Below the pieces are notes generated by a model. The model saw only the letters and a list, made by a program, of their open reading frames with translations, made no database searches and was not told the origin of the DNA. Positions 13,653 to 28,202 of a stretch of 64,000 nt of DNA are shown here, piece by piece (position 1 is the stretch's first letter; each line of letters begins with the position of its first letter). A program made the translations under genes and the position numbers. This DNA comes from Adineta vaga (lineage: Eukaryota; Animalia; Rotifera). The stretch spans positions 12,710,001 through 12,774,000 of the forward strand of contig CP075494.1 in the NCBI GenBank assembly GCA_021613535.1, read 5' to 3'.

Positions 13653-15495
13653 CGTACTCTAGAAATAAAATAGCAATATTTCAGTTAAATTGTAGATTTT
13701 TTTTTGAAAACAAAAGGATATATAAAAAGCAAAACTCATTTTGGCTATTTATCAAATAAAGATAATCATTATTATGAAACTCAAACATAGCAGCAGATGA
13801 ATTGCAATAGTGAAATATTACAAGCAAACTGAATATATATATATTCAAGTAAACAAGCGTGCAAAAACCAATATTAATTATAACTAATACTTACAAATGA
13901 AAAGAACGATATATGTTACTTCAACTATAAACCGATGTGGTATCTGAAAAAGGTAAAATACAACATAAAATAGTCATTTATACCTTTATATATTTATATA
14001 TTAAAGAGAAGAAAAAGATGAGTCATATTTAACCATGAAAATTGTTGTTGTCCTGTGAAATATACAAGTCAATATATGTATACGATACGATGAGGAAACA
14101 ACGCCATTACATGATACGTACAGGACACCAATAAATCAAAGCTAATAATATGATCGATCCTATGTTCCCCTGATCATATAAGAATATTCTTATCTTGTGA
14201 CAATAGATAGATAATCTCGAATAATCAAATATATTATGATTAATATACAGATGTCGCTTGAGTCTTGTTCATGCACTTGATAATAGATAGAATCATTAAC
14301 AGAATGAAAGACTTCACTTCTTCTTTTTTCGACTAGTCATCGACAAAATCTACTGATAATGAACAAAAAGCGAAACCTTAGGAATAATATACTTCACTGT
14401 ATTTCATTCGTTCTGTACTCATTTGCTTTCACTTGTCCTTCGGTCGCACTTCACTCACTTGCATACTTCAAATTTTTTCTTTAAGAGTATTGCTGTAGTG
14501 CTTTGTTCCTTTCGAATAACGAATAATTATATGCGTTCAGTATTATTAGATGATTATAGTTCATATATTCTCGTACGCGAAACGAGAGTACAATGAGAGA
14601 GATATTAAGTATGTACAATAGAAAATGAAAGGAAGAATACAATGTGTAAATATCACTTGAATATGCAAATTAGTGAGCAATTGAGTTATTTAGTCCTAGA
14701 ATATGAAAACGAAATATTGTTCATGTATTGGATTCATTTAGCGATATGATCAGCTGTTGAGACATTCAACGTCAAGGTTTACTATAAATTTTATTAACCT
14801 TGTACCCATTTCAATGAGAAGTTTTTCAAATAGAATTATTATTTTTGCTAATCGATTTTGGTTTTTGAAAAACAAAATAATAAAACAGGACATTTATAAC
14901 GTGATTGTAAAATAAAATGGTACGTATAGACATATGATCAAACATATGTATTGAACTATCGATAATTATCGTTGCTTTATTGTTCGTTCATATAAGTATT
15001 CGTTTGTTTTACTTTCGAGTGTATTTTATTGTTACATAGAAGTCTGGTGACAATCATGAAGTAAACGAAGAACTTGAAGTAACGAGTGCAACAAACTCGA
15101 TTCTATTGAAATAAAAAAGAATTGCTGTCTGATGAGTTGTGATTAGAAATAGTATGATTAATTGATATAGAAAAAACAAAGATTTTATTAAATCGACATT
15201 ATTATTGAAAGGCATGATGACAGCTATCAATGTACATTATTTTCTGTTTCACAAGTGATTTGATAAATTAACTGAATGTCGATGTAAATTTTTTTGTGAT
15301 GAAATGATAAATATAGTCTCATATCAATTGTAGTTTTAGCTAGTATATAAATTTCTTATCAAATTCATTGATCATGTAATAAAATGACAAGCATGTAGAC
15401 TATGTATACCGTAAAGTGTGACATAGAAAGTTTGAAAATTTTATCGATAGATGTCACTACTATTTACTAATGTTAATTATGTAGAGGTTCTAGTC

Positions 15496-15508
15496 AATGC
15501 TAGGTAAC
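15496..15508 (+). promoter_or_regulatory. RFX X-box-like motif upstream of C2CD3
   Basis: AATGCTAGGTAAC (reverse complement GTTACCTAGCATT) about 170 nt before the proposed ATG. Confidence 0.5.
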
Positions 15509-15675
15509 TACTAGTTCACAAATTCATATGGCGGATAATATTGAACAAAGATTAGATGTAATCTAATACTAAACTTTAAATGAAAATCTTATGAGAGATT
15601 TTTTTCATATTTTAGAAGATAAACATCTTGAACGTAGAATAAGAACGGTATGTAAACTTCTTGTCAAACTTAGGA

Positions 15676-18600
15676 ATGTCTACTATAACCACTGGAAAAC
15701 GATCAACAACGCCAAAAAGTAAGTCAGAAATGTACTGTTTACGACGTCTAAAGTTTAATTTTGGTTTTCTTTCTAGAACGACAAACTCGATCTCAGTCAA
15801 AAAGCCGAAATCAAGAAGATGTTTGTGTACGAACAAGTCTGCCACCATTCGTCGAAGGTCCTGTCTATGCAAGTTTAATCTGTCATATCCCCAAAATACG
15901 TTGGAATACAAAACAACAACCATCCTGTCGATTTATCAATGTAAAAGTCTCCTGGTGGGGAGAAGATGATACATCAGCATTATTTAAGTAAATAAAAAGT
16001 AAAATTGCAATTTAATATGCTAAATCTTCTTTTTCTATAGACCACAAATTCTTGGTACAGCATCATCATTATCCTATCAATTAAGTACAACAGCAAAATA
16101 TTATATTCGTAGTGAATTAAAACAATTTGCTAAATATTTAACAGGTTACTTCAAACATGATTTATTTTTCAAAAAAAATTATGTTTCTTAACTATTGACT
16201 TAGATGCTGCTGAACTTATTCTAAAACTATTCGATTCGGACACAAATCGTCTTGTTGGTACAGCTAAAGTACAAAATCTATCGACATTATCTGTAAACAA
16301 TTCAATCAAAGGTTTCCATTCAATTTTTACAAATAAAGGTGATAAATTAGGTGAAATATTTGTTTCACTTCGTATATTTTTGCCTGGAAGTAAGTGATCT
16401 TTAAATAAGATTACTATAGTGTTAAAGGAAATATATTTCTTTTTCAGCTTATGATAGTAATGAAAATCTAACAGCAATGAGTGTTACATCCGATGTTAGT
16501 AATCCACCATCACGACGTAGTTCATTTGGAGCAAATGATTATCATCAAGTAAATTCGATTTATCATTGAAAAGAATATTTCTATTGTTTTATAGGGTGAT
16601 CAACTTGAAAATGGTTCACGAACATATAAACTTGATCGAGCTTATAATGTTGAAAGTTTAAATACTCATCGTTCCAATGAAAATATAGGAAAAACACCAC
16701 GTTTTGATTCCACAGTACCATTTAAACCTTATACATCCGATGCTCAATCAGGTTAGTTACTTATTGCCGTAATTTTCTAAAATTTTCATGATTTCATTTA
16801 GATATTCAATCCCATCGTGAACAACCGACTGGCAAAGTCGTTGAAGCCTTAATTGAACGTGCTAATCGTCTTCGTGAAGATATGATTAAATCTTCATTAG
16901 AAAAGAATATCAATAATAACAATTCAGAAATTCTTACTACTCAACATCAAATAAAATCTTATGATATTGATCCATCAATTGATAATGATAATGTTTGTGA
17001 TATGCTTGGTATTAATACATCTTTAAAACTACCTGGCGAACTTAACAATTCCAATGATTCAATTTTAAGTGATCTTGATGGATTAGAAGGTGAGCAAAGT
17101 TTATTAGATGATCTGCTCTATGGTGTTGGTAGTGGTGACGGAGCAACAGGTGGTGATCATCGTATTTCTCATCATATAACAACGAAACATCAACCACGTG
17201 GAAAACCACCATCTGGTCGTTCACGTAGTCCAAGTGTAACTCGAACTGGAAGATTATCACATCGTTCTCGTTCGGCACGAAGTACCGATAGTGATACAGC
17301 ATCACGTGTTTCATTTGATATGCCAAGTTCTGATCTTGATGATAGTGGAAATGGTAAAAAAAACAAAAGATCAATTGAATTTGTCTTTCATAGTCAAATG
17401 TATCCTTTTGTTTTCGTACTTATTTAGAAAGTCATACTGATGATGATAATCTTTGCACAGAACGTATTCAAATATTGAATCATGTTCGAATAGCTCGTGT
17501 TCGTATTGATCAATTACGTTTGAATGAATTGAATACTGATCGACAATCTCCATCTCATTCAACTTTTGGTCGAACAAATAAAAGTAAACGAGCAACGTAA
17601 GATAGTTTTATTTTAGAAAAGAAAACAAATTCTGATCATTTATTGATTTAAAATAGAACTTATTTTATTGAATATCAGTTTCCTGTCATTGCTAATAGTC
17701 GTGATGGTCAGAAGAATGAAGCGACACAAGTAATGAAAATCGCTTCGAAACGATTTGAAACCAATAATGATATTATATTTTCACATTTATCAACTTATCC
17801 ATGTTTATTTAATGAAACAATTTTAAAAAATTGGTGGCGTTCATTATTAATCTTTAAAATCTTTAGTCGTATGTCAGGTTCAACAAGTCCTGAACAGATT
17901 GGTTTTGCTGTTTTACCTCTGCGAAATATTTTAAAAGCTGAAAGTTTACATTTACAACAAAATTTAAATGTTATTGATCGAACACAAATCAATCAGCAAA
18001 AACTTCCAACTAAAGTTGCACGAAAATTTTGTATTGGACATTTACATGTGATGTTGGAATTAGATTCTGATGTAACGAATTTTAAAATTGAATTAGATCG
18101 TCTTCGATTAATTGAAGAAATGAAACCAAAGAGACAAACAAGTGAAAAAACGAAGAAAAGTAAAAAGAAATCGAAAAAGATTGTCGTAAATCCAAATACG
18201 AATTTACAATTACCGAAAGCATTTTCAAGTGAAGGATTTATGACAAATGAATCATCATCTGAATTAGCTGATGGTTTTGTAGTACAGATTTATCTTTCAA
18301 TTACGGAAGCACGAAATATTCCGAAAATATCGAATAATAGTAATGAATAAAGATTTATTCGTTCAATTTCAATAGATTATATCTTTTCTTTTAGATAATT
18401 TACCAAGAAATCCATATTTTGTTTGTCGAGCTTTTTGGAACGAAGAACCAATAACATCAGTTATTTGTTGGGGAAGTTCATCACCAAGATTCAATTTTGA
18501 ACAGGTTAGATTTGATGATAATTCGATGGAGAGAAAAACATATATGATATATTGAATGGTTTGGCTCAACTGTTATGTTTCTTTTTATTTATAGAAAATT

Positions 18601-21600
18601 CCACTACTGTTAACAAAATCAACCTTAGACAAAATGCATCATAATTTTGTTGTTATTGAATTATGGGATAAGAAGATTTCCGGTTCGACAGATACAATCA
18701 TTGGCATTATTAAAGTACCATTAGAACAATTTCATATATCATTTAAAGATAAACAGATTAGTCGCGTACTTCTACGAGCACAATATCCTGTTATTAGTAC
18801 TGATTCTTGGTTACCTATTATTGATCCATTTACAAGTACGCATAAACCAAATGGAGATATTCAAGTTTTATTAGCTATGGGTACATCTGATCAAATAACT
18901 GCTGTACAAGTTGCACATGCCAACGGTAATCTTTCACCTGCATCAACAAATAGAAAACCAACAACGGAGTCCACTCCCGATGAAACATCATCATCATCAT
19001 TAGTTGAACATCAGTTTGACATAATGCTTGAAAGTATCAATGGATTACGTGCATTTGAGTCAATGGTTTGGGGTGAAAGTGATTGTTTTATTCAATATTC
19101 ATTTCCTGTTCAACAAGAACAAGATCAATTAATGAATGTTAATTCAATAAAACCGTTTCAATTTCGTCCAATACGTACAGCAGCTACTTTATGTACATCG
19201 GATCCAACTTTTCATGATAGTAATAAATTTCAATATGTACTTTTACCATCAGATGCTTTACATAAATATTTTTATGCTGGTAAAACATTATCTGTTAACA
19301 AAAATGTCACTATAATTATCTTTTAGCTTGTCATTCGCCGTCGACACTTGAAACTTGCATTACCTTTGAAGTATGGTCACGTTTCTATTATCCAAATATT
19401 CGTGATCAACTTCTAGCAAAAGTATGTCATTTCATTATCGTTTGAATTTTCAAACATCAATTCTTTGTTAGGGCAAGTTACCAGCAGCAAAATTATGTAG
19501 TATGACAACAATGTTAAATTCAAATGCAGAAAATAAATCAGTTCAATCATTTCGTATACCACTTGAAATTGTCCGTGAAGATCCAAAGCATGGTCATCAT
19601 CATTCATCAACACCTACATATGGTGGAGATTTATTAATATCGGTGACCTATAGACGAAATGTTGTTAAGGTAATATATTTTATCATTATGAAGAGAAATT
19701 CTAATTCGTATATTTATTATTCTACCAGAAAAATGAACGACAAGCGCTAACCGATCGTTTATCTAGTGGTACTTCTCAAGTATGCATTTCTGTTGGGATC
19801 ATACGTGCCTGTGGTTTGAAAGTAAGTAACCTTTCATGTCTTTCTTTCGGTATGTTTACTCTCCTGTAGCATGCTGCTCAATCTCAAGCGCGACATGATG
19901 CTCGTTTAAATTATCCTGCACAAGTCGGCGTGAATACTTATGCAAAATTAACTTTATCATTTTTGTCTAATATGGTAATGTCTTTTATATGTACTATTTG
20001 TGTGATTTACACTTCTTTTTTTTTCTAGGAATCTCGGACAACACGAACCATTGCTCGTAGTTTTGTACCCGAATTTAATCATTCTATTGATTTTCCTGTT
20101 CCATTAATTTGGAATGATAATCGTAATCATACAGTATCTCTTGCTGAAATGCTTGAACATGGAGAATTAAAAATTGATATGTATCATCAAATAAGTTCAA
20201 CCGATGATTCGAATCAAACTAGTGATAAACGTTCATTAGATATACATTTATGTTCTTGTACTATTTCATTAAAAGAATTGATTTCTCGAAATACAGGTAA
20301 AAAAAGAAATTGAAGAATTCCTATAAAAACGTATCAAACTTTTATTGTATTTAAGGAATCAAAGGTTGGTATTCCTTAGCAAGTGCAAATCGTGCTCTAA
20401 CATCGGACGTATCATCTGATCCATCGGAACATTGTGTTGGTGGATTAGAATTATTTGTTCGTTTCGGTCAACAAGAAGATCGTCGCCGAATCATTGAATC
20501 AGCTAAAACACTTGGCTGGTTCGTTGATAATTATATTGATGAAGAAAATTTTCTCAATGGTAAAATTTACGATCAGCAAAGAAATATATTTGAGATCTAT
20601 TCTTCTTTCCTTTTAGATCAAAAAGATCTTGGCTGTTTAGTAACTCTTTCCATTGATCGGATTCAATTTCCTATTCAACTTGCAACTCGTCCAGGAAAAG
20701 ATCGTATTGATGAACGAACAAGCGTCTTTGTGCAATATCGACTTTACGATAAAAGTAATTCTTGAAGATAAACAATTATTCTGTTTTTCACATGATTATT
20801 CTTGTCTTTTCAGTGCCAATAATAACAAAACGAAAGAAACCCATTGTTGATAGACATAATGTTATCTGTGAACTTAAATATACAAAAGAACATTTATTTC
20901 TCTGCAGTGCACCATTTCTATGGTATTTACGTGAAGAAAAATTAGAAATACAAATATGGACAAGCGAAAATGATTCATATGATTATTCTCCATCAGTATC
21001 ATCAACAGATAAACATATTGGATCGATCTATGTTGATTTAAATAGTTTATGTGATCGAAAAAGAAAATCATATCGATTAAATGCAATTTTACCAATGTTT
21101 AAACATGGCTCGAAAGATTTAGGTGGTGCTTTTACTCAAGTACACGTTACTATTGATAAATCCAAAGATTTCAACGAATTACGAGTATGAATAATCAATG
21201 ATATATATATATACTTAGACATATTGACTATTATTATTTATTATTTAGAGTCGAGATGTTAATGAGACATCCAATGATGCTGAACTTGATTCTTACTTAG
21301 AAAATCGACAATTAAATTTAATTGGTAATAATCATGCACTTCGAACGATAACAAATAATATATTCTCTGTAATAATTAATATTGAACAAGCAGCACATTT
21401 ATCAAATATTTATTCGCAATCAGAGTAATCTTTTTCAATTCTTTTCTTTTTTTAAATTATCATGTTTTATATATTTGTTTTTCTCTTTGAAGAAATGCTC
21501 ATACTTCACCTAATCCATATGTTACTTATTCTACAGCTGATTCTCATCATTTATGTCGTACACAAGTGTTAACATCAACGAATAAACCAATTTGGAATTA

Positions 21601-23882
21601 TCAACAAGCAGTTAAATTATCTGTTGAACATTTATTTAATGATAAAAAAACATTTATACTTAAAGTTTGGCATAAAGTCAATGCTGACATTGAAACTATA
21701 CCAGGTAAATCATTATGATTATCAATTCGATTTTCTTCTATTTCTTATTTATGGATAGAAAAATCTGGTGATAAAGTTCTTGGTTTTGTTTCAATTGATT
21801 TAAGTGCATTACTTTCTGGTTTACAACAAATATCCGGTTGGTATAATATTGTGGATACGATTGGAAATGTTCAAGGACAATTGAAGATTAGTATTGTTCC
21901 ACAAGAAGATCTATTTGAATTAAAACGTTTTAAATATAAATCCAATCAAAATCAAACGAAAACCGATTCTCATCGTTCAACATCGACGAGTAGTGGAAGT
22001 GTACCACCGATTGTTTTCAATGATCTTTCTGCTAGATCTTCTGGAGGACAAGCAAGTTTGAATACATCAATGATTGATGATGAAAGTAATAAGAAATCAT
22101 TTTTAATGAATAATCTTCAGTAAGTTAAACACTGAAATAATCGAGATAATAATAGAAATGTATTTTATGTTTTCGTAGTCGACAACTAGGCGAACTTGGT
22201 GCCATAACTGATCGATTGAAAGCTCGTCTTCTATCTGGATCAGAAACATCATCCATAACTAATGAATCGACATCTACACTAACAACAGCTCGTTGTACTA
22301 GTGTTCCACCACCCTCAACATCAATGCCAGTTCATATGAATACGAATCAACAGAATCTCGATACAAACCGTTCAACAACAGCAACTACAATTCAAACAGA
22401 TTTATTAGAACATTTTCCTGAATCACTTAGTGGACGACCATTAATGAGTGATGGTCTTAACATTACAGATGTTCTTTCACTTCATAATAATCAAGTTCGT
22501 CTTGCACAAGAATTAATGACTAAAGCCAATCATTTACTTGAATCATCCAAAGATTTTTTTAATAAACCATCAACATCACCTCCTCCACCGCCAGCAACAC
22601 ATTCATTGTCAACAATTGTCGAAAAACAACCGAGTCTATCTCCACCACCGCCGCCAGCACTACCAAATTTCAATACAACAACTGAATTTCAAACTAGAGA
22701 AAGATCACCACCAATTGCTTATGAAACGAATGAACATACTAAGTAAGTTTATAATAACAAGTAAATGCTAATAAGATCTATCTTTCATTTGTTTAGTCAT
22801 TCATTTGTTCATCAACATCCAAATAATTCCATCCTTTGGTCTGATGAAGACGATAATGATGATCATAATCAAAGCTTTCTACCAATTGGTCTTCCTCCTA
22901 TTCAACATCGTCTGGCAACTCCTACTGTTAATTCACCACGACCACCAGTACATATCGAAGAAACAGTTACACATGAAGAACAACCCGACGATATCGATGT
23001 TGTTCATATTCGTCCATTAAATAATCTTTCAGCATTTAATTTCGATTGTCAACAAATGAATGCCGAACGATTGAATGATACTCTTTCACCAAAACCTTCG
23101 ACACGTCGTACTATATTTCCAACGCATACAAGTGTAGATGACAAATACCAACAAATTTCGTCAATATCATCATACGAACATCAGTTACAACAATCATCAC
23201 CAACAGTAATTATCGAACGTCGATCACTATCATCGTCATCGTCTTCTTCTTCTTCATCTGCTACTCCTCCTGCATCATCGACACAAAAACCTCGAGAATC
23301 GTTTACTTCCGATACATCAGTTATTGACACCAATTGGATAGAACAACAACGACAACAACAACAACACGATGCAAATACACTTCATATTCCTCCATTATCA
23401 TTACCATCTGATCGTTCCAATACAAATCGAGTAGCTATAATCAATTATCATATGAATTGAGGAAAAGAAAAAACTAACTTTAATTTTCTTTCTTGTTTCT
23501 AGACATCAGGTCGTAGTCCACACTTAGCTTTTCTTGATCGTCCTATACCAAATTTCTTTCCAACGAATCATGAATTCGAAGCATCCGTCAAACATGTTTC
23601 TCAAGCACTTTCAAATCAATCTACAGCAGTAAATTCATTTATTTCTCTGATGAAAATATTTCTTTTTTTTTCTCATAGAGAACAACTACTGATCCATCAT
23701 CACCATCAAGTACTGTAATGAAAACAATTATTGATCGTTTGCGTACAAAATCTTCCAATGAATTATTACGTGGTGTTTCGCCTGTCAATGGTAATTTAGG
23801 TCAACCAACTGAAACAACAAATGTAACACGTTTAGAGAAAATCTTCAAAACTAAATATACGACAAATCCCCCGTCGAATTGA
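15676..23882 (+). CDS. C2CD3: C2 domain-containing protein 3 (centriole distal-end protein), more than 25 exons
   Basis: N-terminal TSLPPFVEG...IRW...VKVSWWGED, QFAKYLTD, YFIEYQFPV, YPVISTDSWLP, MVWGESDCFIQYSFP, VWSRFYYPNIRDQLLAK, GFVSIDLSALLSGLQQISGWYNIVD..GNVQGQLKISIVP. Start codon uncertain. Confidence 0.92.
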
Positions 23883-24214
23883 TTCGAAAACTTTATTTTT
23901 GATAGAAGTGAATGTTTAGTTTTCTTTTTCTTTTTCTTTTTGTATAACAGTGATGTTATATACGTATATCACATTATGTTCTATTTGAAGTTCAGATAGT
24001 TACGATGTCTTCTTTTGTTCAAATTAAATGACAGAAGTTATTAATGTAGACCTAGTCTAGTTCCTTTTCTCTCTCTCTCTCTCTTCTTGTAACAATATAA
24101 AAATCAAATAAAACTATGCGGGTGTCTTAATAAAAAAGAAAAAAAAACCTAGTTTTTGTTTTAATGTAAAATAAAAAAAAAGTGAATGGATAGTGACAAC
24201 CACCGGTTTAGTTT

Positions 24215-24295
24215 GACTTTGAGAGCACAGTCTCACAGGCCAAGCGATTCATAGTTCAACGCTTAGTCTGCGAAACAGTGACCTCTCGTCTCACA
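24215..24295. other. GC-enriched long imperfect hairpin (candidate structured RNA or foldback element)
   Basis: Nested complementary arms GAC/GTC, GAGAG/CTCTC, CAC/GTG, CAGGC/GTCTG, AAGCG/CGCTT around a 13-nt loop. Confidence 0.35.
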
Positions 24296-24515
24296 TTTCG
24301 TCTCTAGCACACTCACATTATTTGAACAAGTTCATCGAAGTATTTATATGATTTAATCTGCAAAACACTATTCGGTGATTATATCATATATTTCGATTTA
24401 AATCTGATGAACGATTGTAGAGAATAACAACACGTGGTTGAACCGTTACATATATTTATATATGTTATATCACGTCACATGTCTAACGTTTTTCTTGTTT
24501 TTTATTCTTGTTTAG

Positions 24516-25133
24516 ATGGATATGCCACCAATTCATCAGTGTGTTTTTCTCAGTCATGAACATGAACAATTAAAAGCAACGATTATCGAATTACAAAATC
24601 ATATAGCGCATCTCGAACAAATTCAAATTGATAGAAAAAAAGAACATAATTATTCATGTTCTATTTCATGTCAAACAAATCTTCCTATTCCTCATCAACC
24701 AATTCTTCTTCCGCGACCAGTCAGATCTTCTTCAGATGAACAAATTCATTTACATCGTCTTTTAAATGCTCAAAGTGAATTGTTAAAGAAATATGAACAG
24801 GACACAATTTTTAATCGTCAACAAAGAGAATTGCAAATTTCACCTCCATCAGCATTTATTGACGATTATGAACGACGATTACTTCATTGTCAAAAAGCAA
24901 AACAACAAGCAGAACAACGAGCTATTTCTGCGCAGAAACGTATGACAAAATTAGAAGGACGATACGAACGAATGCGTCAAAAAATGAATGTATTTGATGA
25001 TGGATTTTTTGAAGAAGTGAATGAATTGAAATTTGCAGTACAACAAGCCGTACATCTTAGTCGAGAGTATGAAAAAACCATACAAATGTTAAGTGCTCAA
25101 CTTGGTATTACTTATCCTATTGTAGATTTATAG
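24516..25133 (+). CDS. 205-aa coiled-coil protein with CEP290-like C-terminal motif
   Basis: Uninterrupted ORF preceded by a splice acceptor (tgtttag|ATG). C-terminus FDDGFFEEVNELKF...YEKTIQMLSAQLGI resembles the CEP290 terminal FDPSFFEEIEDLKY...LSEQLGV motif. Confidence 0.7.
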   Translation: MDMPPIHQCVFLSHEHEQLKATIIELQNHIAHLEQIQIDRKKEHNYSCSISCQTNLPIPHQPILLPRPVRSSSDEQIHLHRLLNAQSELLKKYEQDTIFNRQQRELQISPPSAFIDDYERRLLHCQKAKQQAEQRAISAQKRMTKLEGRYERMRQKMNVFDDGFFEEVNELKFAVQQAVHLSREYEKTIQMLSAQLGITYPIVDL

Positions 25134-25397
25134 ATAATAGCAACAATCTTCTTTTTTTTTGTATTATTAAAGATGTATTGATTTTCTTTTTTGACCTATT
25201 TATTATCGCATGAAGAATGTAATTATACGTACATATAAAATATAGATCATCGCTTGGTTTTTAAAAGTTATGCAATCACAAAAAGCTGTTCATACAAAAA
25301 AAACACAACAAGAATGTTCTTAGACGTTTGTTTTTCTTTTATAGCTATTCATACTGTCTTCAAGTTTGGATATTGTCTAATAAAATAATCTTGTTTT

Positions 25398-28202
25398 TCA
25401 TAAGAATGTCTCAATTTTAGGTGATGGTCGATTTGATTGATCATTTCCATTTGAATTCGGTAGACTCAATTTGCTATGAAGATTCCGTTGAATTCCATCA
25501 GGTGGAAGTTTTTCATCAAGTATTGGCGAATCTTCATCAACATAAACAATATTTACTTTATCACGTGAACTATTTGTTGAACATGTTAATTGAGATGGTC
25601 GTTTTGGTCCTAATCGTCTTTGTTTAACAGGTGTTAATGATGCAGAATCTTGAGTCAATGGATGTGTTGTATTTGATTGCCGTTGATGATAATGATTTGC
25701 TGTTGTTGAAATATGATCTACAGATTTTGTTGAAGATGATAAACTATTATCATATAAATGACGATGATGAGAATTATCTTTTAAACGTTGATATTTATCT
25801 TTCGTTGGACTGTCCGTTATTGATATTGTATTATGATTTTCAATAACATTATCTTTTAATGCTTCTTGATTTTCAACATTTTTAGTTTTACGTTTAGCTG
25901 CTTCATCCATCATTCCTTCAGCTAGACTATTTAAAGTTTCCAAACGTAATAAATTAAGGTCAACATCTTGAAATTTTTGTTGACGATAAACTTCAGATTG
26001 ACCATGGACATATAAAGCAACAATATCGCATACAAATGTTGCTAAACCGAGAATACCAATTAGAGAACCAATATTTAAACTTAATGTAATCAAATCAAAA
26101 CGACCAGCATGGCCACTAACCTATAGAAGAAGAAGGAAAACGTTTAAAAACTATATATTCCTTAAATATCGAGCTTTAATTCGATGTTACTATAAATTAA
26201 TTATAAAATAGAAATACTTACAGAAATGATAAAACGAAGACCAAACGCTTTAGTTAAAGTACGAAGTGATCGATTTTGATGTTTCCAATGTGATGCAAAA
26301 CTAAATGAAAAAATAATTATTCAGAAAAACTTTTCCATGAATCATTTTCTTACCGAAAATTAAAACCTGGAGAAAATGAACCTTCTTTAAATTTCGCATC
26401 GAGACGTCCAAATGAATATTCGGGTAGACATTGATTCAATGGTTTATCAAGATTACATCTCCAATCAATTTTAACTCGTATAACACCGCCCAATTTTAAC
26501 ATATTCTCTTGTTCCTCAGGATCACTTTCAATAATATCCAATAAAGTTCCTACACGAAATATTGGACATATCGGATGTTCGTCTTTTTCATAATTACACG
26601 CTTTCAAGTAATCTGAACTTTGTTGAATATTTTTTCTTATTACTTTAAAACGTGGAAATTCAATGAAATTTTTAATAAATATTGTAAAATTTAATGCATC
26701 ACGTATTGGGTTTGGAACAACAGTATCATTTTCTACTGGACACCAACCTTCTAATTCACATCGACCGCTTATTGTTTGAGAAGAATTTATTGACGATCTA
26801 CTTGGTTTTATGCATTGACCTAGATATAAATACAAAAATAAGTAATCCATATGTTTTTTTTTGCAACTTACCAGTCCATTTACCATTTGCCTAAAATAAA
26901 TAAACAAAAATATTGCAGTCTGATCAATGAAAAGACTTCTCTATTGAAGAAACAAATGCATTCGAGGTGTTCTGACAGTGAAGTTTGTTTTTGCTGTTCA
27001 AACGAATTTTAACCAAGAAAGAAAGTCATATGTAACTAGGTCAATATTAGATCACGAGAAAGATTATTTGACAAATATTTCAATTATTCTTATATCCAAG
27101 AAATCAATTAAGAGGAAAATGTCGAGGATATGTACATAGAAGCACAACAAATACTATCAATATTGTTGAGAATCACACTATATTAGAACTGTGTTCACAG
27201 TTGTACTTCTTTTGATGTCATTATCGAGTGTTCATCAATCATCTGTAAATAAAACGCGATCAACATTAATTCTAAGCACGAAATTCATACATCCTGATAG
27301 AATAAATGTATTATACGATTTATTATCGTACATGACATGAAAAAAAAAGAAAAGAATTAGCCATAATATAGATTCTACTTCTTTCAGTTATCTTCACGTT
27401 TGGTACATACTTTATGAAAATCTTTATTTTGACATTCACTATGATTAGAACAAGCTGTTGCTTTTTCATAAGATGCTTCTGAAATATCGATAAATGAAAT
27501 CATTCTTGTACAATTTTCAGAGTTTATCTCAATATACCTGGACATTTTGAATGTTCTTGATCAGTACGAATAAAATTTGTCATTAAAAATAAAGCATTAT
27601 TTTCTTGTGGAGGAACAATATAATCTTTATAGAAAAGAAGACAAATTTATTCAATGCTTTTCTTTTCATTATTTGAAGAAGAAAAAAAAACAATTTACCT
27701 GCACCATCAACAACTAAAGTTTCATTTGGTCCTGTTTGATTATAACCAATACCCTAGTGAGCAACAACAAAATCAACTAGAGAAAAAAACAAAAATCTTC
27801 ATTTATTTACCTTCACTTTTAATGTAATTGATGAAATAATGGATGTATCCGTTTCTTGATAACCTTTTTTATAAATCATTAGATATGCAATTCCATAGCA
27901 TAGAATTAAAAGTTGAATTAATCGACATGTAAGAGCAACTGAAATGAATAAAAATTATATAATTTTCTTTTTCAAATATAAGAATTCTCATCTGAGACAT
28001 ATGTTTTTTTTTTCTTTCCATATCTAGTCTTTTCTCTAGATGGATCGTTCGTATGCTTACTTGATATGGAATGAATAGTGACGATTTTTGGTGTTTCATA
28101 TTCATAGATAAACCCATGACAGATTGATCTTATATGTGAGAATGAAAAATAATCTCGAAATGATAAACATTGTACGGCACCCATCGATGGTCTAGAAGAC
28201 AT
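25398..28202 (-). CDS. P2X purinoceptor (ATP-gated ion channel), multi-exon
   Basis: YEYETPKIV, KKGYQETD.SIISSITLKVKG, DYIVPPQENNALFLMTNF, CELEGWCPVE, NFTIFIKNFIEFP, CPIFRVG, PGFNFRFA, RTLTKAFGLRF, AGRFDLI, TM2 IGSLIGILGLATFVCDIV. Confidence 0.96.

Noticed and set aside
15528-15646. Upstream ATG (MADNIEQRLD) as the C2CD3 start
   Set aside because: The obvious splice leads to an in-frame TAA; the ATG at 15676 gives an N-terminus of similar length to known C2CD3.
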